Shown here: positions 1 to 9,800 of the stretch, one piece after another | How positions within the stretch are numbered: the stretch's first letter is position 1 | Layout of the letters: each line of letters starts with the position of its first letter | Source of the DNA: Candidatus Poribacteria bacterium | GTDB taxonomy: Bacteria > Poribacteria > WGA-4E > PCPOR2b | NCBI GenBank assembly: GCA_965198175.1 | Contig: OZ240245.1 | Coordinates: forward strand, 4,160,001 to 4,224,000 | DNA length: 64,000 nucleotides | Direction: 5' to 3' | The notes under the pieces: generated by a model | Databases searched by the model: none | What the model was told of the DNA's origin: nothing | The model's input: only the letters and a program-made list of their open reading frames with translations | Program-made: the position numbers and the translations under genes

Positions 1-638
1 CACACGGCAATAGATACGGGCATCTTGTCCCAGGCGATGAATTACATTATGAAATCGATCGAGATTCCCTATCAATAAATTTCGAGGAAAGGGATCCGTG
101 GAAAGTCCATACCACGCTGACCTACTGCTTCCAAGCAGATGACTGCATTGATGTGATTCTCAATTTTATATTCTCTCGGCACTACCAGGGTTTTGAAGCC
201 TTCGTTTCTTCTTACTTCGATGAACGGCACCTCCCCTTTCTTAACATCGGTCAGGAGTGGATACAACCACATTTTCAACCGAAGGAACAACTCTTCTTTA
301 CGCGCGATGATGAAGCATCCGTACTCATGGTTGATGGACGATGGGATTGGCTTCAAGATCACGGTCATTTTGTCAACGATGATGGACGGAAGTATACACT
401 CCCGGTGATTGTCACATGGAATGAAAAAACTAAATTCGCTCTGATCCAGATGATTGAACTCACGAGATGTCCTGCGATTTCCATCAACACGATTGCACAT
501 GGACAGGCTTTCTCACTAATTGGCGAAGATGTGAGAGCGGGCGAACGAATCACTGCCCGAGCGCGTCTTTTATATCGAGAAGTTACCAATCTCGACGTCG
601 TGACGGAATGGTACGAGGCATGGGATACTGAGCGTTAG
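1..638 (+). CDS. Hypothetical protein, 5'-truncated by the window edge
   Basis: The frame of ORF 153..638 stays open back to base 3 (HGNRYGHLVPGDELHYEIDRD...). No family recognised. Confidence 0.6.
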   Translation, partial: HGNRYGHLVPGDELHYEIDRDSLSINFEERDPWKVHTTLTYCFQADDCIDVILNFIFSRHYQGFEAFVSSYFDERHLPFLNIGQEWIQPHFQPKEQLFFTRDDEASVLMVDGRWDWLQDHGHFVNDDGRKYTLPVIVTWNEKTKFALIQMIELTRCPAISINTIAHGQAFSLIGEDVRAGERITARARLLYREVTNLDVVTEWYEAWDTER

Positions 639-687
639 GGTGTCATTCGTCAGACCGTATAGCGTTATGGTTTCTGGTTGGGCAACC

Positions 688-826
688 GAGCGAATGGCAA
701 CGATACTGTTTTATATCAGCGGATACTCACAATAAGAGATTGGTGAATTTCTCGGTGTAACCGTGAAAACTGTTAAAACCCAACTCCATTCCGTTCCGAA
801 ACCGACTCAGAGATGAGGATTGCCCC
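688..826 (+). pseudogene. Remnant of ECF sigma-70 region 4, formerly fused to the downstream ankyrin gene
   Basis: 688-795 reads ERMATILFYISGYSQ*EIGEFLGVTVKTVKTQLHSV (TAA at 733-735), a region-4 HTH pattern. After a +1 shift at about 796 it reads RNRLRDEDCP in frame with ATG 827. Confidence 0.6.
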
Positions 827-1801
827 ATGAAAAGCGACCTACATCTTAATCCTTTGGCTCGTGAGGTAATTGAGGCAATTGACCACAATGATCCCGACCG
901 CATTAAGGATGTGCTCAACCGGAATCTTTCCATTGCAAATCCGAAATGGAGGTCAGATTATAAGCCGCCGAATGCTACGGATGCCACCAACTGGTTAAAT
1001 GAGCCGATGCTCCTTTTTTATGTTTCTGAGGCGGTGTTTGAGGGGAAAATTCCAGCGGGAACAAACGAATATGCGATAACCAAAGCACTGTTGGCAGCTG
1101 GTGCCGATGTGGACTTCTTTGATGGTTATCCTCTCGTCGCCGCCGTCAGCTACAATGCGCCTCACGTTGTCCGTGCACTACTTGAAAATGGTGCGTCTGT
1201 CAACGGCACGGACAACGATGGCGTACCAATGGCATATACGCTATTCTTCGGGTTCACGACGGCTTCGATGCTTCTCGTGGAATGGGGCGCTAAAATTGAC
1301 CTACGATTTGCTGCCGGTATCGGCGATTTGGATAAAGTCAAGAGTTTCTTCAAAGCAGATGGCAGCCTGAAACCGGGAGCAGGCGCGCTTGCCGATCCAT
1401 ACGGACATGAGTGGAAACAGCGCAATGGTGTTGTCCATAGGTGTGACCGTACACGCGAGAACATTCTGAGTCAAGCGCTCTTGTACGCATGTTTGCATGA
1501 TAGGCTCGTGGTTGCAGAATACCTCATCCAACAGGGCGCGCACGTGAACGCTTTGGTACCAGACTTAGGGGAAAAGGAGTTTACTGTCCTCCATCGGGTG
1601 GCAAAAACTGGCAATTTCGGCGCAACCGCGGATCCGAGAGATGTCGAGTCTCAGCGGTTAGGTGCCGTGAACTTCCTACTCGAACACGGCGCCGATGTTG
1701 CCATCCGCGATCCCGTGTTTAAGGCAACACCGCCGCAGTGGGCGAAGCACTTCGAATGTGAACGCATCGCCGAAATTCTGCAAAAGCACAGTGAAGCATA
1801 A
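827..1801 (+). CDS. Ankyrin repeat protein
   Basis: Repeats such as GYPLVAAVSYNAPHVVRALLENGASVN, ALLYACLHDRLVVAEYLIQQGAHVN, FLLEHGADVAIRD. Confidence 0.85.
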   Translation: MKSDLHLNPLAREVIEAIDHNDPDRIKDVLNRNLSIANPKWRSDYKPPNATDATNWLNEPMLLFYVSEAVFEGKIPAGTNEYAITKALLAAGADVDFFDGYPLVAAVSYNAPHVVRALLENGASVNGTDNDGVPMAYTLFFGFTTASMLLVEWGAKIDLRFAAGIGDLDKVKSFFKADGSLKPGAGALADPYGHEWKQRNGVVHRCDRTRENILSQALLYACLHDRLVVAEYLIQQGAHVNALVPDLGEKEFTVLHRVAKTGNFGATADPRDVESQRLGAVNFLLEHGADVAIRDPVFKATPPQWAKHFECERIAEILQKHSEA

Positions 1802-1970
1802 CAGTCTAAACACCGTGCCTATACTGAACGAAACGAGGCATTGCTAATTCGCCGAATTTCTAAGAACTCCTGCTTGGAGTTGCCGATTTCATGTCCCGCA
1901 AAACGAAGGTAGGACAGAAAAAGATGCACGATGTGAGTTAATCCGGATACCGTATCTCACAATCCAAAAT

Positions 1971-2792
1971 ATGGAAGATAGGACGATGGCGATGACCGAT
2001 GAAGAACGTTTTCGCTTTGACCTAGCCGGCTTTTTGATACGCCCGGCAATTTTGGCTCCACATGAAATTGACGAAATCGTCGATCAGATTGACCGTATCA
2101 AACATAATCCTGAATCGCTGCCTCCCGCACATCGAGCCGTGCCGGGAGGTCCCTCTAGCCTGCTGATTGACCATCCGAATGTCATTGACGTGATTCACGA
2201 AGTCATCGGACCGGATATTCGCATTGAAAGCAGCTTCTGTATCTGGCGCACGAAAGGAGAGTCACCCGGACCGCTTCACGGCGGCGGTCCAATACAGGCG
2301 GATCCGATTTTCGGCTATCGTGTCAAGGATGGACGCATTCATGCCGGGATGGTGCGGGTCGTTTTCGAACTGACCGAGATCGGCAAGGAAGATGGAGCAA
2401 CGCATTTCATCATTGGCAGTCATAAGGCAAACTTTCCGATGCACCCAGATCATATGTCGTTGGAGCCAGCGCAGCGCAGCGAGTTTTTGAGGAGTTTCGA
2501 GTGTCCCGCGGGGAGCGCAATTATTTTTACAGAGAGCCTCTGTCATGCTGGTCCCGCTTGGCAGCGAGATACGCCGCGTATTGCTGTGTTCAATGCTTAT
2601 TCCCACCTTGCTACGAACTGGCACCGCCTAACAATCCCACCGGAGGTGTTGGCGGGACTCCCGCGGGAGAAACAAGCTTACTTTCGTGAACCATGGATTG
2701 CTGATTTTCGAACGAGCCCATTTACACATAACACGATAGATCGATTTGTCAACAATGATGAACCTCCGGTCAATACTGATAATTGTCCATGA
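1971..2792 (+). CDS. PhyH-family Fe(II)/2-oxoglutarate oxygenase with HGG in place of HxD
   Basis: FDLAGFLI N-terminus, DGATHFIIGSHK, AGSAIIFTESLCHAG, distal R in TPRIAV. The first metal motif is LHGGG. Confidence 0.85.
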   Translation: MEDRTMAMTDEERFRFDLAGFLIRPAILAPHEIDEIVDQIDRIKHNPESLPPAHRAVPGGPSSLLIDHPNVIDVIHEVIGPDIRIESSFCIWRTKGESPGPLHGGGPIQADPIFGYRVKDGRIHAGMVRVVFELTEIGKEDGATHFIIGSHKANFPMHPDHMSLEPAQRSEFLRSFECPAGSAIIFTESLCHAGPAWQRDTPRIAVFNAYSHLATNWHRLTIPPEVLAGLPREKQAYFREPWIADFRTSPFTHNTIDRFVNNDEPPVNTDNCP

Positions 2793-2904
2793 AAGAAAAT
2801 CCAGCAAAACAGAGTTGCACACGCCAAAGGAATCATAATGCAAGTCGAACAGACGTAAGAACCCAAATCATTGTGGATAGTCTAGATAATTAGAGAGTTT
2901 TTGA

Positions 2905-3642
2905 ATGCTAACAAACATAGAGAAATTTCAACTTGACGAACAAGGTTTTGTGCTTCTGAAGAATGTCATCACGATTGATGAGGCTGACCAATTACGAAAT
3001 CTGTCGATGTCCCTTGCCGCAGAGGAGCGAGAAGCTGGGTGTGGCTTTATGTATTTTGATAGTCGTGCTCAGCGGGTCTGGAACCTAGTCAACAAAGGAG
3101 AATTGTTTGAAAAGGCAATCCAGCATCCGCGCATTCTCATGGCAATCGAGTACCTACTTGGCGAAGACTGTACGCTCAGTTCGTTTACTGTCAACATCAT
3201 CAGTCTAGGTGCTCCCGATGACGGTCTCCATATCGACTACCCATTGAGTGCCATGCCTACGCCCCGTCCGAGCTTCCCGATTGTTGCCAACAGCGTCTGG
3301 TTTCTCGACGATTTTACCCTTGAGAACGGTGCGACCAGCTGTATCCCCGGCAGTCATCGTCGGCTCGAAGCGATGCCGGAGCCCGGTGTCGAGTATGATG
3401 ATGAAGTGCAGATTCCAGGTCCAAAAGGTTCTGTGCTGATTGTCAACGGTTCTGCCTGGCACGGATCGTCAGCGAATCATACGGATCGGGATCGGGTAGC
3501 ACTGCTCGGTTTTTTCTGTCGAGCGTTCATGAAGCCGCAGCAGGATCACTCCAAACTAGTGTCCGACGCGATTCTCGATCGCGCCACACCGACGTTGAAG
3601 CGGCTGCTTGGCTTCGATTCCATGCCCGGCACTAGAAATTAA
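2905..3642 (+). CDS. PhyH-family Fe(II)/2-oxoglutarate dioxygenase
   Basis: LDEQGFVLL, LHIDY (HxD), LDDFTLENGATSCIPGSH, WHGSSANHTDRDR. Confidence 0.9.
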   Translation: MLTNIEKFQLDEQGFVLLKNVITIDEADQLRNLSMSLAAEEREAGCGFMYFDSRAQRVWNLVNKGELFEKAIQHPRILMAIEYLLGEDCTLSSFTVNIISLGAPDDGLHIDYPLSAMPTPRPSFPIVANSVWFLDDFTLENGATSCIPGSHRRLEAMPEPGVEYDDEVQIPGPKGSVLIVNGSAWHGSSANHTDRDRVALLGFFCRAFMKPQQDHSKLVSDAILDRATPTLKRLLGFDSMPGTRN

Positions 3643-3676
3643 TGCCGGCTTTGATATTTTACAGAGTCAAGACAGA

Positions 3677-4279
3677 ATGACTTCAAAGTCTATAGAAAAC
3701 TGTATGATAGACAAATTTTTTGAAGACCATATCAGGATGATACAGAGGCTGCACGGCAAGCATTTAGCTCCCATTCAGCAATTGGGAGAAAAGGCAGTTG
3801 AGACGTTAAGAACTGGTCACACTATCTTCTTTTGTGGCAATGGCGGCAGCGCCGCCGAATGTCAGCATCTGGCGGCTGAGATTATCGGTCGCTTCGTTAA
3901 AGAACGAAGAGGGTATCCTGCTATCGCTTTGACAGTGGATACATCCGCGCTAACAGCGATTTCAAACGACTACGGCTATGAACGGGTGTTCGACCGTCAG
4001 ATTGAAGCTTTGGGGCGGTCCGGCGATCTCCTGATTGGGTTATCGACTTCGGGTCACAGTGCGAATGTGATGAATGTGCTGCGTACGGCTAGGGAAATAG
4101 GACTTTACACCGTTGGCTTGACGGGAAGAGACGGGGGTATGTTGAAGGATATAGTGGATTTGTGTATCACAGTACCTTCTGACACAACCGCACACATCCA
4201 GGAAGCACATCTTGTCATCGGACACATCATGTGTAGTTTCATTGATGCTAATCTTGCAGTGGGCGAAACTAGGCGATGA
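3677..4279 (+). CDS. gmhA: D-sedoheptulose-7-phosphate isomerase (start 3677 or 3704)
   Basis: CGNGGSAAECQHLAAE, SNDYGYERVFDRQ, LSTSGHS, HIQEAH. Confidence 0.92.
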   Translation: MTSKSIENCMIDKFFEDHIRMIQRLHGKHLAPIQQLGEKAVETLRTGHTIFFCGNGGSAAECQHLAAEIIGRFVKERRGYPAIALTVDTSALTAISNDYGYERVFDRQIEALGRSGDLLIGLSTSGHSANVMNVLRTAREIGLYTVGLTGRDGGMLKDIVDLCITVPSDTTAHIQEAHLVIGHIMCSFIDANLAVGETRR

Positions 4280-4342
4280 TTCACATCTTATTTATCGGGC
4301 ATTAGACTCATAATGGTTTGGTAAGATAGGACTCTGTTTGAA

Positions 4343-5092
4343 ATGAAAGGTGTCATTTTGGCGGGTGGTAAGGGCGCCCGTCTTTATCCTCTAACGAAAG
4401 TTACAAACAAGCATCTTCTTCCCGTGGGAAGGGAACCAATGATTCTTAATCCGATTAAGCAGCTTGTTTCGGCAGGAATCACAGAGGTCTTGGTTGTGAC
4501 CAGTACTGCACACATGGGAGATGTTGTCAATCTACTCGGAAGTGGAAAATCATTTGGCGTCGATTTTAGCTACAAAGTACAAGAGAAATCTGGGGGGATT
4601 GCCCACGCCCTCCAACTCGCAGAGAATTTTGCAAAGGGTGAAAGAATCGTGGTTGTGCTTGGCGACAATATTGCTGTTAAATCTATAAAACCTTATGTAA
4701 ATAATTTCAGAAGACAGGAAAGAGGAGCGAGGGTCTTATTAAAAGAGGTTGGCGAGCCAACGCGGTATGGCATCGCCGCGCTGGATGAAGAAAAAATAGT
4801 TGAAATTGAAGAAAAACCCGGTAAACCTAAGACTAATTTCGCCGTCATCGGATATTATATGTACGATCAAAAGGTTTTTGAATTTATTGCAAAACAGCAG
4901 CCCTCAGAAAGGGGTGAACTCGAAATCACCGATGTGAATAACGAATACATAAAGCGCTCTGAACTCGAGTATGACATTCTTGAAGGCGATTGGACCGACG
5001 CCGGCACCTTTGAGTCCTTATTTATCGCAAACCAGATGCTCAATCAATGCCAAAACAAAATTCAAGAGCGAGAAATAGAGACGCTAGGTTGA
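4343..5092 (+). CDS. Glucose-1-phosphate thymidylyltransferase-like protein (short RmlA/SpsI type)
   Basis: MKGVILAGGKGARLYPLT..NKHLLPV, VLGDN, EEKP, SERGELEITDVN, WTDAGT. Confidence 0.87.
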   Translation: MKGVILAGGKGARLYPLTKVTNKHLLPVGREPMILNPIKQLVSAGITEVLVVTSTAHMGDVVNLLGSGKSFGVDFSYKVQEKSGGIAHALQLAENFAKGERIVVVLGDNIAVKSIKPYVNNFRRQERGARVLLKEVGEPTRYGIAALDEEKIVEIEEKPGKPKTNFAVIGYYMYDQKVFEFIAKQQPSERGELEITDVNNEYIKRSELEYDILEGDWTDAGTFESLFIANQMLNQCQNKIQEREIETLG

Positions 5093-5192
5093 GGTATGTC
5101 CAAGCTTAAAACGATGAAAACAGTGATGGTTGAGTGGGTGCCAACCAGCGAGATAACCAACTAGACGCTTAAACAAGCTAGAGGTATGTTTA

Positions 5193-5909
5193 ATGAGGGC
5201 AATGCTATTAGCCGCTGGTCAGGGAACTAGACTTAGACCCTACACGGACAGAATACCTAAACCGATGGTGCAAATCGGTGGGAAACCCATCTTGGAGCAT
5301 AATGTTGAAAGCCTAACGGCATGCGGAATCAAGGAAGTCGCAATCAATCTCCACTACTGCCCAGATGTCATAAAGGACCATTTTGGAAATGGAGCGAAAT
5401 GGGGTGTAAACATCCGTTACTCTTACGAAGAATCTCTTCTCGGTACGGCAGGTGCTTTGAAGGTAATCCCTGATTTTTTTGAGGAAACTTTCATCCTCTG
5501 GTATGGTGATAATCTCTGCCATCTCAACTTGCCCCAGTTCGTTGACTTTCACAACGCAAAAGGGGGGATTGGCACATTAGCCCTACATTGGCGCGAAGAG
5601 GTTTCCCAAGTCGGAATCGTTGACCTTGATAACGATTGTCGGATCCTACGTTTTTTGGAAAAACCGTCCCGCGATCAGGTCTTTAGCCATTGGGTTAACG
5701 CCGGGGTGTATGTGTTAGAGCCAGACATCCTAAACCATATCCCAGAAGGTCAAAATTACGATTTTGGGCGGCATCTCTTTCCAAAGCTATTGAAATCAGG
5801 TCAGAAACTCTACGGTCATCGGATGGATGAAAACGAGAAATTTTGGTGGATTGATAGAACACAAGATCTTCGCGCTGCCATTCGTGATTGGGAAGGCAGA
5901 GAGATTTAG
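5193..5909 (+). CDS. Sugar-phosphate nucleotidyltransferase (HddC / mannose-1-P guanylyltransferase-like)
   Basis: LLAAGQGTRLRPYT..PKPM, LGTAGAL, YGDN, FLEKP, VNAGVY. Confidence 0.85.
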   Translation: MRAMLLAAGQGTRLRPYTDRIPKPMVQIGGKPILEHNVESLTACGIKEVAINLHYCPDVIKDHFGNGAKWGVNIRYSYEESLLGTAGALKVIPDFFEETFILWYGDNLCHLNLPQFVDFHNAKGGIGTLALHWREEVSQVGIVDLDNDCRILRFLEKPSRDQVFSHWVNAGVYVLEPDILNHIPEGQNYDFGRHLFPKLLKSGQKLYGHRMDENEKFWWIDRTQDLRAAIRDWEGREI

Positions 5910-6069
5910 CCAAATGGTCCGATAGCGCCCTGTTTGGATTGCAATCCGTATATTGGTCTAGAATGGCGAGGTATCAGGCGATCAGGCAGCGATGTCGGCA
6001 CCACTATCAGCCCAATTCAGGCATAAGGGGTAGACATCACAGATTTTGTATGTGCCGGGTGCTAGTAAT

Positions 6070-7617
6070 TTAACTTAAAAGCGTTCTGAAGGTTAAGAGA
6101 ATATAGCGTAAATCCTTCACCAGTGATATCGGCGATTTGACATATTCGAGGTCGAGAACAAGCTTATGGGGCATAATATGTTGAATATATACTTCATCAA
6201 TATTTTCTACATCGTGGATATGGGAGGCTTCGTCCCGCCACTCAATCTGCGCAGGACCAGTGATACCAGGTTTTGCCGTAAGGACTTGTTCTTGTTCTTG
6301 GGTATAGTGTTTCACATAGTTGGATATTTCCGGGCGAGGTCCAACAAAACTCATTTCCCCTCTCCAGACATTAATCATCTGAGGCAACTCGTCTAGCTTC
6401 GTTTTACGTAAGAGTTGTCCGAGTGTGGTGATTCGAGTGTCCTCGTGATAGGTGATGCCGGGTCCGATGCTTGCAGCGCTCGCCACCATGGTGCGGAACT
6501 TGTACATCAGGAACGGAACACCATGTAATCCAATGCGCCGGTGTTTGAAGAACACCGGCCCCTTAGAATCAATCTTGATAGCAAACGCAATCATCAGGAA
6601 AAGGGGAAATGTGACGACAAGACCCAATGCCGAGAAGATTATATCAAAGGATCGCTTCGCGGTCGACGCTCTGCATGAGTTTATGCGAGTGTTGTTCATC
6701 GTGATAAGGTCCGCCGGGATCAACCGAACGAATAGTGAGGGCGATAGTTTTAACCGACAGTCAAGACTATCGCCCTCACTATTCGTTCGGTTGATCCATC
6801 GGCTTGGGTTCATCCCGGGCGCTTCGGACGCCATATTGGGAGGTTTATTGCCCCCATGGAAATCCCAATGACGGGTATTTCGATCAGCGTAGAGCGGGCG
6901 TACCGAATCGGGCAGTTTGGCTAAACCTGCCGCATCCCAAGGTGGTACGTTCTTAATCGGGCTTGCCCAAGTGGGTCGATAGGCAATCGCCAACATCTCT
7001 CGGGCGCGGGCGCCGGTGTTCGGGTGATTGCCATGAAAGACTCGATGGTTAATCAATACTGCTGAACCCGCATTTGCAGGGACCATGACCTCTTCCGGAT
7101 GAGATTCATAGCGTTTGTACGGGTTTGCGTCGGCATGCATGCACAGGTGTGAACGGGGGACGACTCGGAATGGGGAAATTTCTGGCGTGAGATCGTCGAG
7201 GTAATACAACACCCGGACCATAACGGGGACACTCCCTTCATAACCGAAAATTTGTGATCCGTAAGGTTGTCCGTCTGTATGCAGACTGATGCCCGGGTGT
7301 CCAGGTTCCGAACGGGCGTAGCCATAGCTCATGAGAATCACTTCATCGCCAAATAGCCTCCGTAGAAAGGATATGGTTATCGGATGGGCAGCCAGCTCGG
7401 TTATTGCCCCGCCCAGAAACTGGATGTTTGGGCACCCCCGCTGGTGCACGCTGTAATCCACAGCTCTGGTTTCCAACTTTGCAGTCTCTGCCTTAAGTTG
7501 AGCAATATGGTCGGGAGACAACAGGTAGGGTAACAGAAGATACCCTTCGACTTCAATCTGTCGAATTCGTTCGCCCAACGTCAAAGCAGACCAGTCACGG
7601 TCATCAATTCGATTCAT
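6070..7617 (-). CDS. Single ORF fusing a PhyH-family dioxygenase (7617-6798) to a bacterial sugar transferase (6699-6070) through a DNA palindrome
   Basis: PhyH motifs LHTDG, FRVVPRSH, FHGN. Priming glycosyltransferase motifs KRSFDI, DSKGPVFF, YKFRTM, LRKTKLDELPQ, GEMSFVGPRPE, KPGITG. ATG 7617 is preceded by GGAG, and an internal ATG lies at 6699. Confidence 0.8.
   Translation of the reverse strand: MNRIDDRDWSALTLGERIRQIEVEGYLLLPYLLSPDHIAQLKAETAKLETRAVDYSVHQRGCPNIQFLGGAITELAAHPITISFLRRLFGDEVILMSYGYARSEPGHPGISLHTDGQPYGSQIFGYEGSVPVMVRVLYYLDDLTPEISPFRVVPRSHLCMHADANPYKRYESHPEEVMVPANAGSAVLINHRVFHGNHPNTGARAREMLAIAYRPTWASPIKNVPPWDAAGLAKLPDSVRPLYADRNTRHWDFHGGNKPPNMASEAPGMNPSRWINRTNSEGDSLDCRLKLSPSLFVRLIPADLITMNNTRINSCRASTAKRSFDIIFSALGLVVTFPLFLMIAFAIKIDSKGPVFFKHRRIGLHGVPFLMYKFRTMVASAASIGPGITYHEDTRITTLGQLLRKTKLDELPQMINVWRGEMSFVGPRPEISNYVKHYTQEQEQVLTAKPGITGPAQIEWRDEASHIHDVENIDEVYIQHIMPHKLVLDLEYVKSPISLVKDLRYILLTFRTLLS
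6717..6797. repeat. Perfect inverted repeat with 32-bp arms and a 17-nt spacer
   Basis: GGATCAACCGAACGAATAGTGAGGGCGATAGT (6717-6748) and its exact reverse complement (6766-6797). Confidence 0.97.
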
Positions 7618-7827
7618 CACAGTCGCTCCAATGAAGGTTGTTGCCCGACGAACATTGGGAGTTTGTCGGCGCAATAACTGGGATAGGTCTGCTTCCTCCA
7701 CACAATGATGCACACCTCCTCTCACTAACCTGTATACACGACCACCAACAATCAAATGGCGTCAGTGCGTCATTAGAAGAGATAGGGCTTCGAGTTTCAT
7801 TTGCTGATCCATCCCATTCGTTACCAA

Positions 7828-8583
7828 CTATAGGCCTGTGTACGAAGCGCCACAGACGTGCAAATCGGCGCCTGAGATATAACTCGCTTGTTCCGAAGCT
7901 AAGAAGGACACCACTTCCCCTACCAGTGCCGGGCCTGGATAGTCGTCACGATTTCGATACACAGGTATATTCGCACGGGCATACGCAACCCAATCCTCTG
8001 GCGTTCCTGAAATCATGTCCGTGTTGATTCGGCCCGGGGAAACGACATTCGCGGTGATGTTGTGTGGGCCTAAGGTTGCCGCTAACCCTCGAACATAGTG
8101 GCTCTGAGCTGCTTTCCCAACCGAATAGGCGGAAGCGCCCGATTCACGCCCGGCAATCGAGCCGATAGCGATAATTCGCCCCCAACGTTGCACTTTCATG
8201 ATTTCAACGATTTCGTGGCATAGATAATAGGTGCTATATAGGTGCGATCGTATGACTCGGTCCCACTTCTCCGGGGATTCGGTGTCATCAGGGAGGTAAA
8301 TCCCGGCGGAGTGAACCAGCACATCAATTCCGCCTACGGTCTCTTTCACCGCCGCGACAAGGCTGTGCACAGTCTGGAGATCGGTCACATCCGCCTTGAA
8401 CTTGTAAGCCTTTACCCCAAGTGCAAGCAAATCTTGCTGTGTTTTCTCGCCTGCAACATCATCACGGACGTAGTTTATTGCCACAGTTGCTCCTTCTCGC
8501 GCCAGCGACAAGGCACATTCGCGTCCAATCCCGCGAGAACCGCCAGTGACGAGAACCCTGCGATCGCTTAAACCCAGTTGCAT
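7828..8583 (-). CDS. SDR-family oxidoreductase (FabG-like)
   Basis: TGGSRGIG, HSAG, YSVGK (YxxxK), NVVSPG. Confidence 0.9.
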   Translation of the reverse strand: MQLGLSDRRVLVTGGSRGIGRECALSLAREGATVAINYVRDDVAGEKTQQDLLALGVKAYKFKADVTDLQTVHSLVAAVKETVGGIDVLVHSAGIYLPDDTESPEKWDRVIRSHLYSTYYLCHEIVEIMKVQRWGRIIAIGSIAGRESGASAYSVGKAAQSHYVRGLAATLGPHNITANVVSPGRINTDMISGTPEDWVAYARANIPVYRNRDDYPGPALVGEVVSFLASEQASYISGADLHVCGASYTGL

Positions 8584-8696
8584 GGATGGTACTCCCTCAT
8601 TTTGTCTAGAATCGGCGTTTTTTCAGAGCGCGAATGCAATGCTTGGTATAGAACGGGTTCATTTTTCGCCGAGTCATCCTGAATCCACCGCATGGT

Positions 8697-9746
8697 TTAC
8701 ACCTGTCCCATAGCCTTCCGTCCTGCTGGTGTCAGTAAGACAGCTCGCCCCAACACTTTATTCGCCCGTAAGTCGTCTAACGCATCATTTATTTTTTCCA
8801 GAGGATATAAATCAGTGACGATGGATTTTATTCTCCCCTCAGCTACCAATCGAACCGTACTCGCCAAATCTTGAAGCCGACCGCACCGCGATCCGATAAG
8901 CATCAACTCGTTCTGGGCAAGTTGTCTACCACTAAGTCCGTACAGTTCCGGCGTATAGCCCACGACAAGCAAGCGCCCACCGTGGCGTAAAACGTTGACA
9001 CCATACGTCAAGGTCTCTTCGTTGCCGACGACGTCTATCACACAGTCTGCACCGAGCCCATCGGTGAGTTCACGGACCTCCGCTTCGACCTCCGTCTCGC
9101 TCGAATTGAGCACAACGTCTGCCCCCATTTCGAGACCGCGTACCACCTTTACCGCCAATCGGTCGATGGCAATGACATATGCCCCAGCTGCCTTTGCAAG
9201 TTGGGTTACGACGGATCCCACACCGCCAATTCCCACAACCACCACGGTTTCACCCAGGCTTACTCTCGCTCGGTCCACCGCGTGAAATGCCGTGATACCG
9301 GCGTCGCAGCACACCGCAGCATCCACCCAAGCCACACCCTCCGGCACGGAGACAAGCTGCCGGGCGGGGACGATGACGTACTCAGCGTGACCGCCATGCT
9401 TTATCCTCGCGCCCATGACACCAGCCATGTCAATACATAACTGCTCCCGCTGTGTGCGGCAGAGCAAGCACTTGCCGCAAGTAAAGAAATTGTGGGCGAC
9501 GACCCGGTCGCCGGGTTTGAAATCCGTTACTTGGTCACCAAATTCAGAGACGACGCCTGCGATTTCATGGCCCGTGATGAACGGCAACTCGGGTGCGTAA
9601 CCGAATCCATCAATTAGCTTCAGGTCAGTGCCATCAGTACCACACGCCATAACTTGCACCAATACCTCGTCCGGGGCCGGTGATGGCGTCTCCGCCTCCT
9701 CTAAGCGCAGGGGCTTGCTTAATTCTTTCAGAACGGCTGCTAGCAT
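8697..9746 (-). CDS. Zinc-binding alcohol dehydrogenase (MDR family)
   Basis: ACGTDGTD, GHEIAG, CGKCLLC...C structural Zn site, GIGGVG. Confidence 0.9.
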   Translation of the reverse strand: MLAAVLKELSKPLRLEEAETPSPAPDEVLVQVMACGTDGTDLKLIDGFGYAPELPFITGHEIAGVVSEFGDQVTDFKPGDRVVAHNFFTCGKCLLCRTQREQLCIDMAGVMGARIKHGGHAEYVIVPARQLVSVPEGVAWVDAAVCCDAGITAFHAVDRARVSLGETVVVVGIGGVGSVVTQLAKAAGAYVIAIDRLAVKVVRGLEMGADVVLNSSETEVEAEVRELTDGLGADCVIDVVGNEETLTYGVNVLRHGGRLLVVGYTPELYGLSGRQLAQNELMLIGSRCGRLQDLASTVRLVAEGRIKSIVTDLYPLEKINDALDDLRANKVLGRAVLLTPAGRKAMGQV

Positions 9747-9800
9747 GATATGTTCCCCCTTGTCTTCATCTAAAATTCACGACAGATTATACGAATCATA

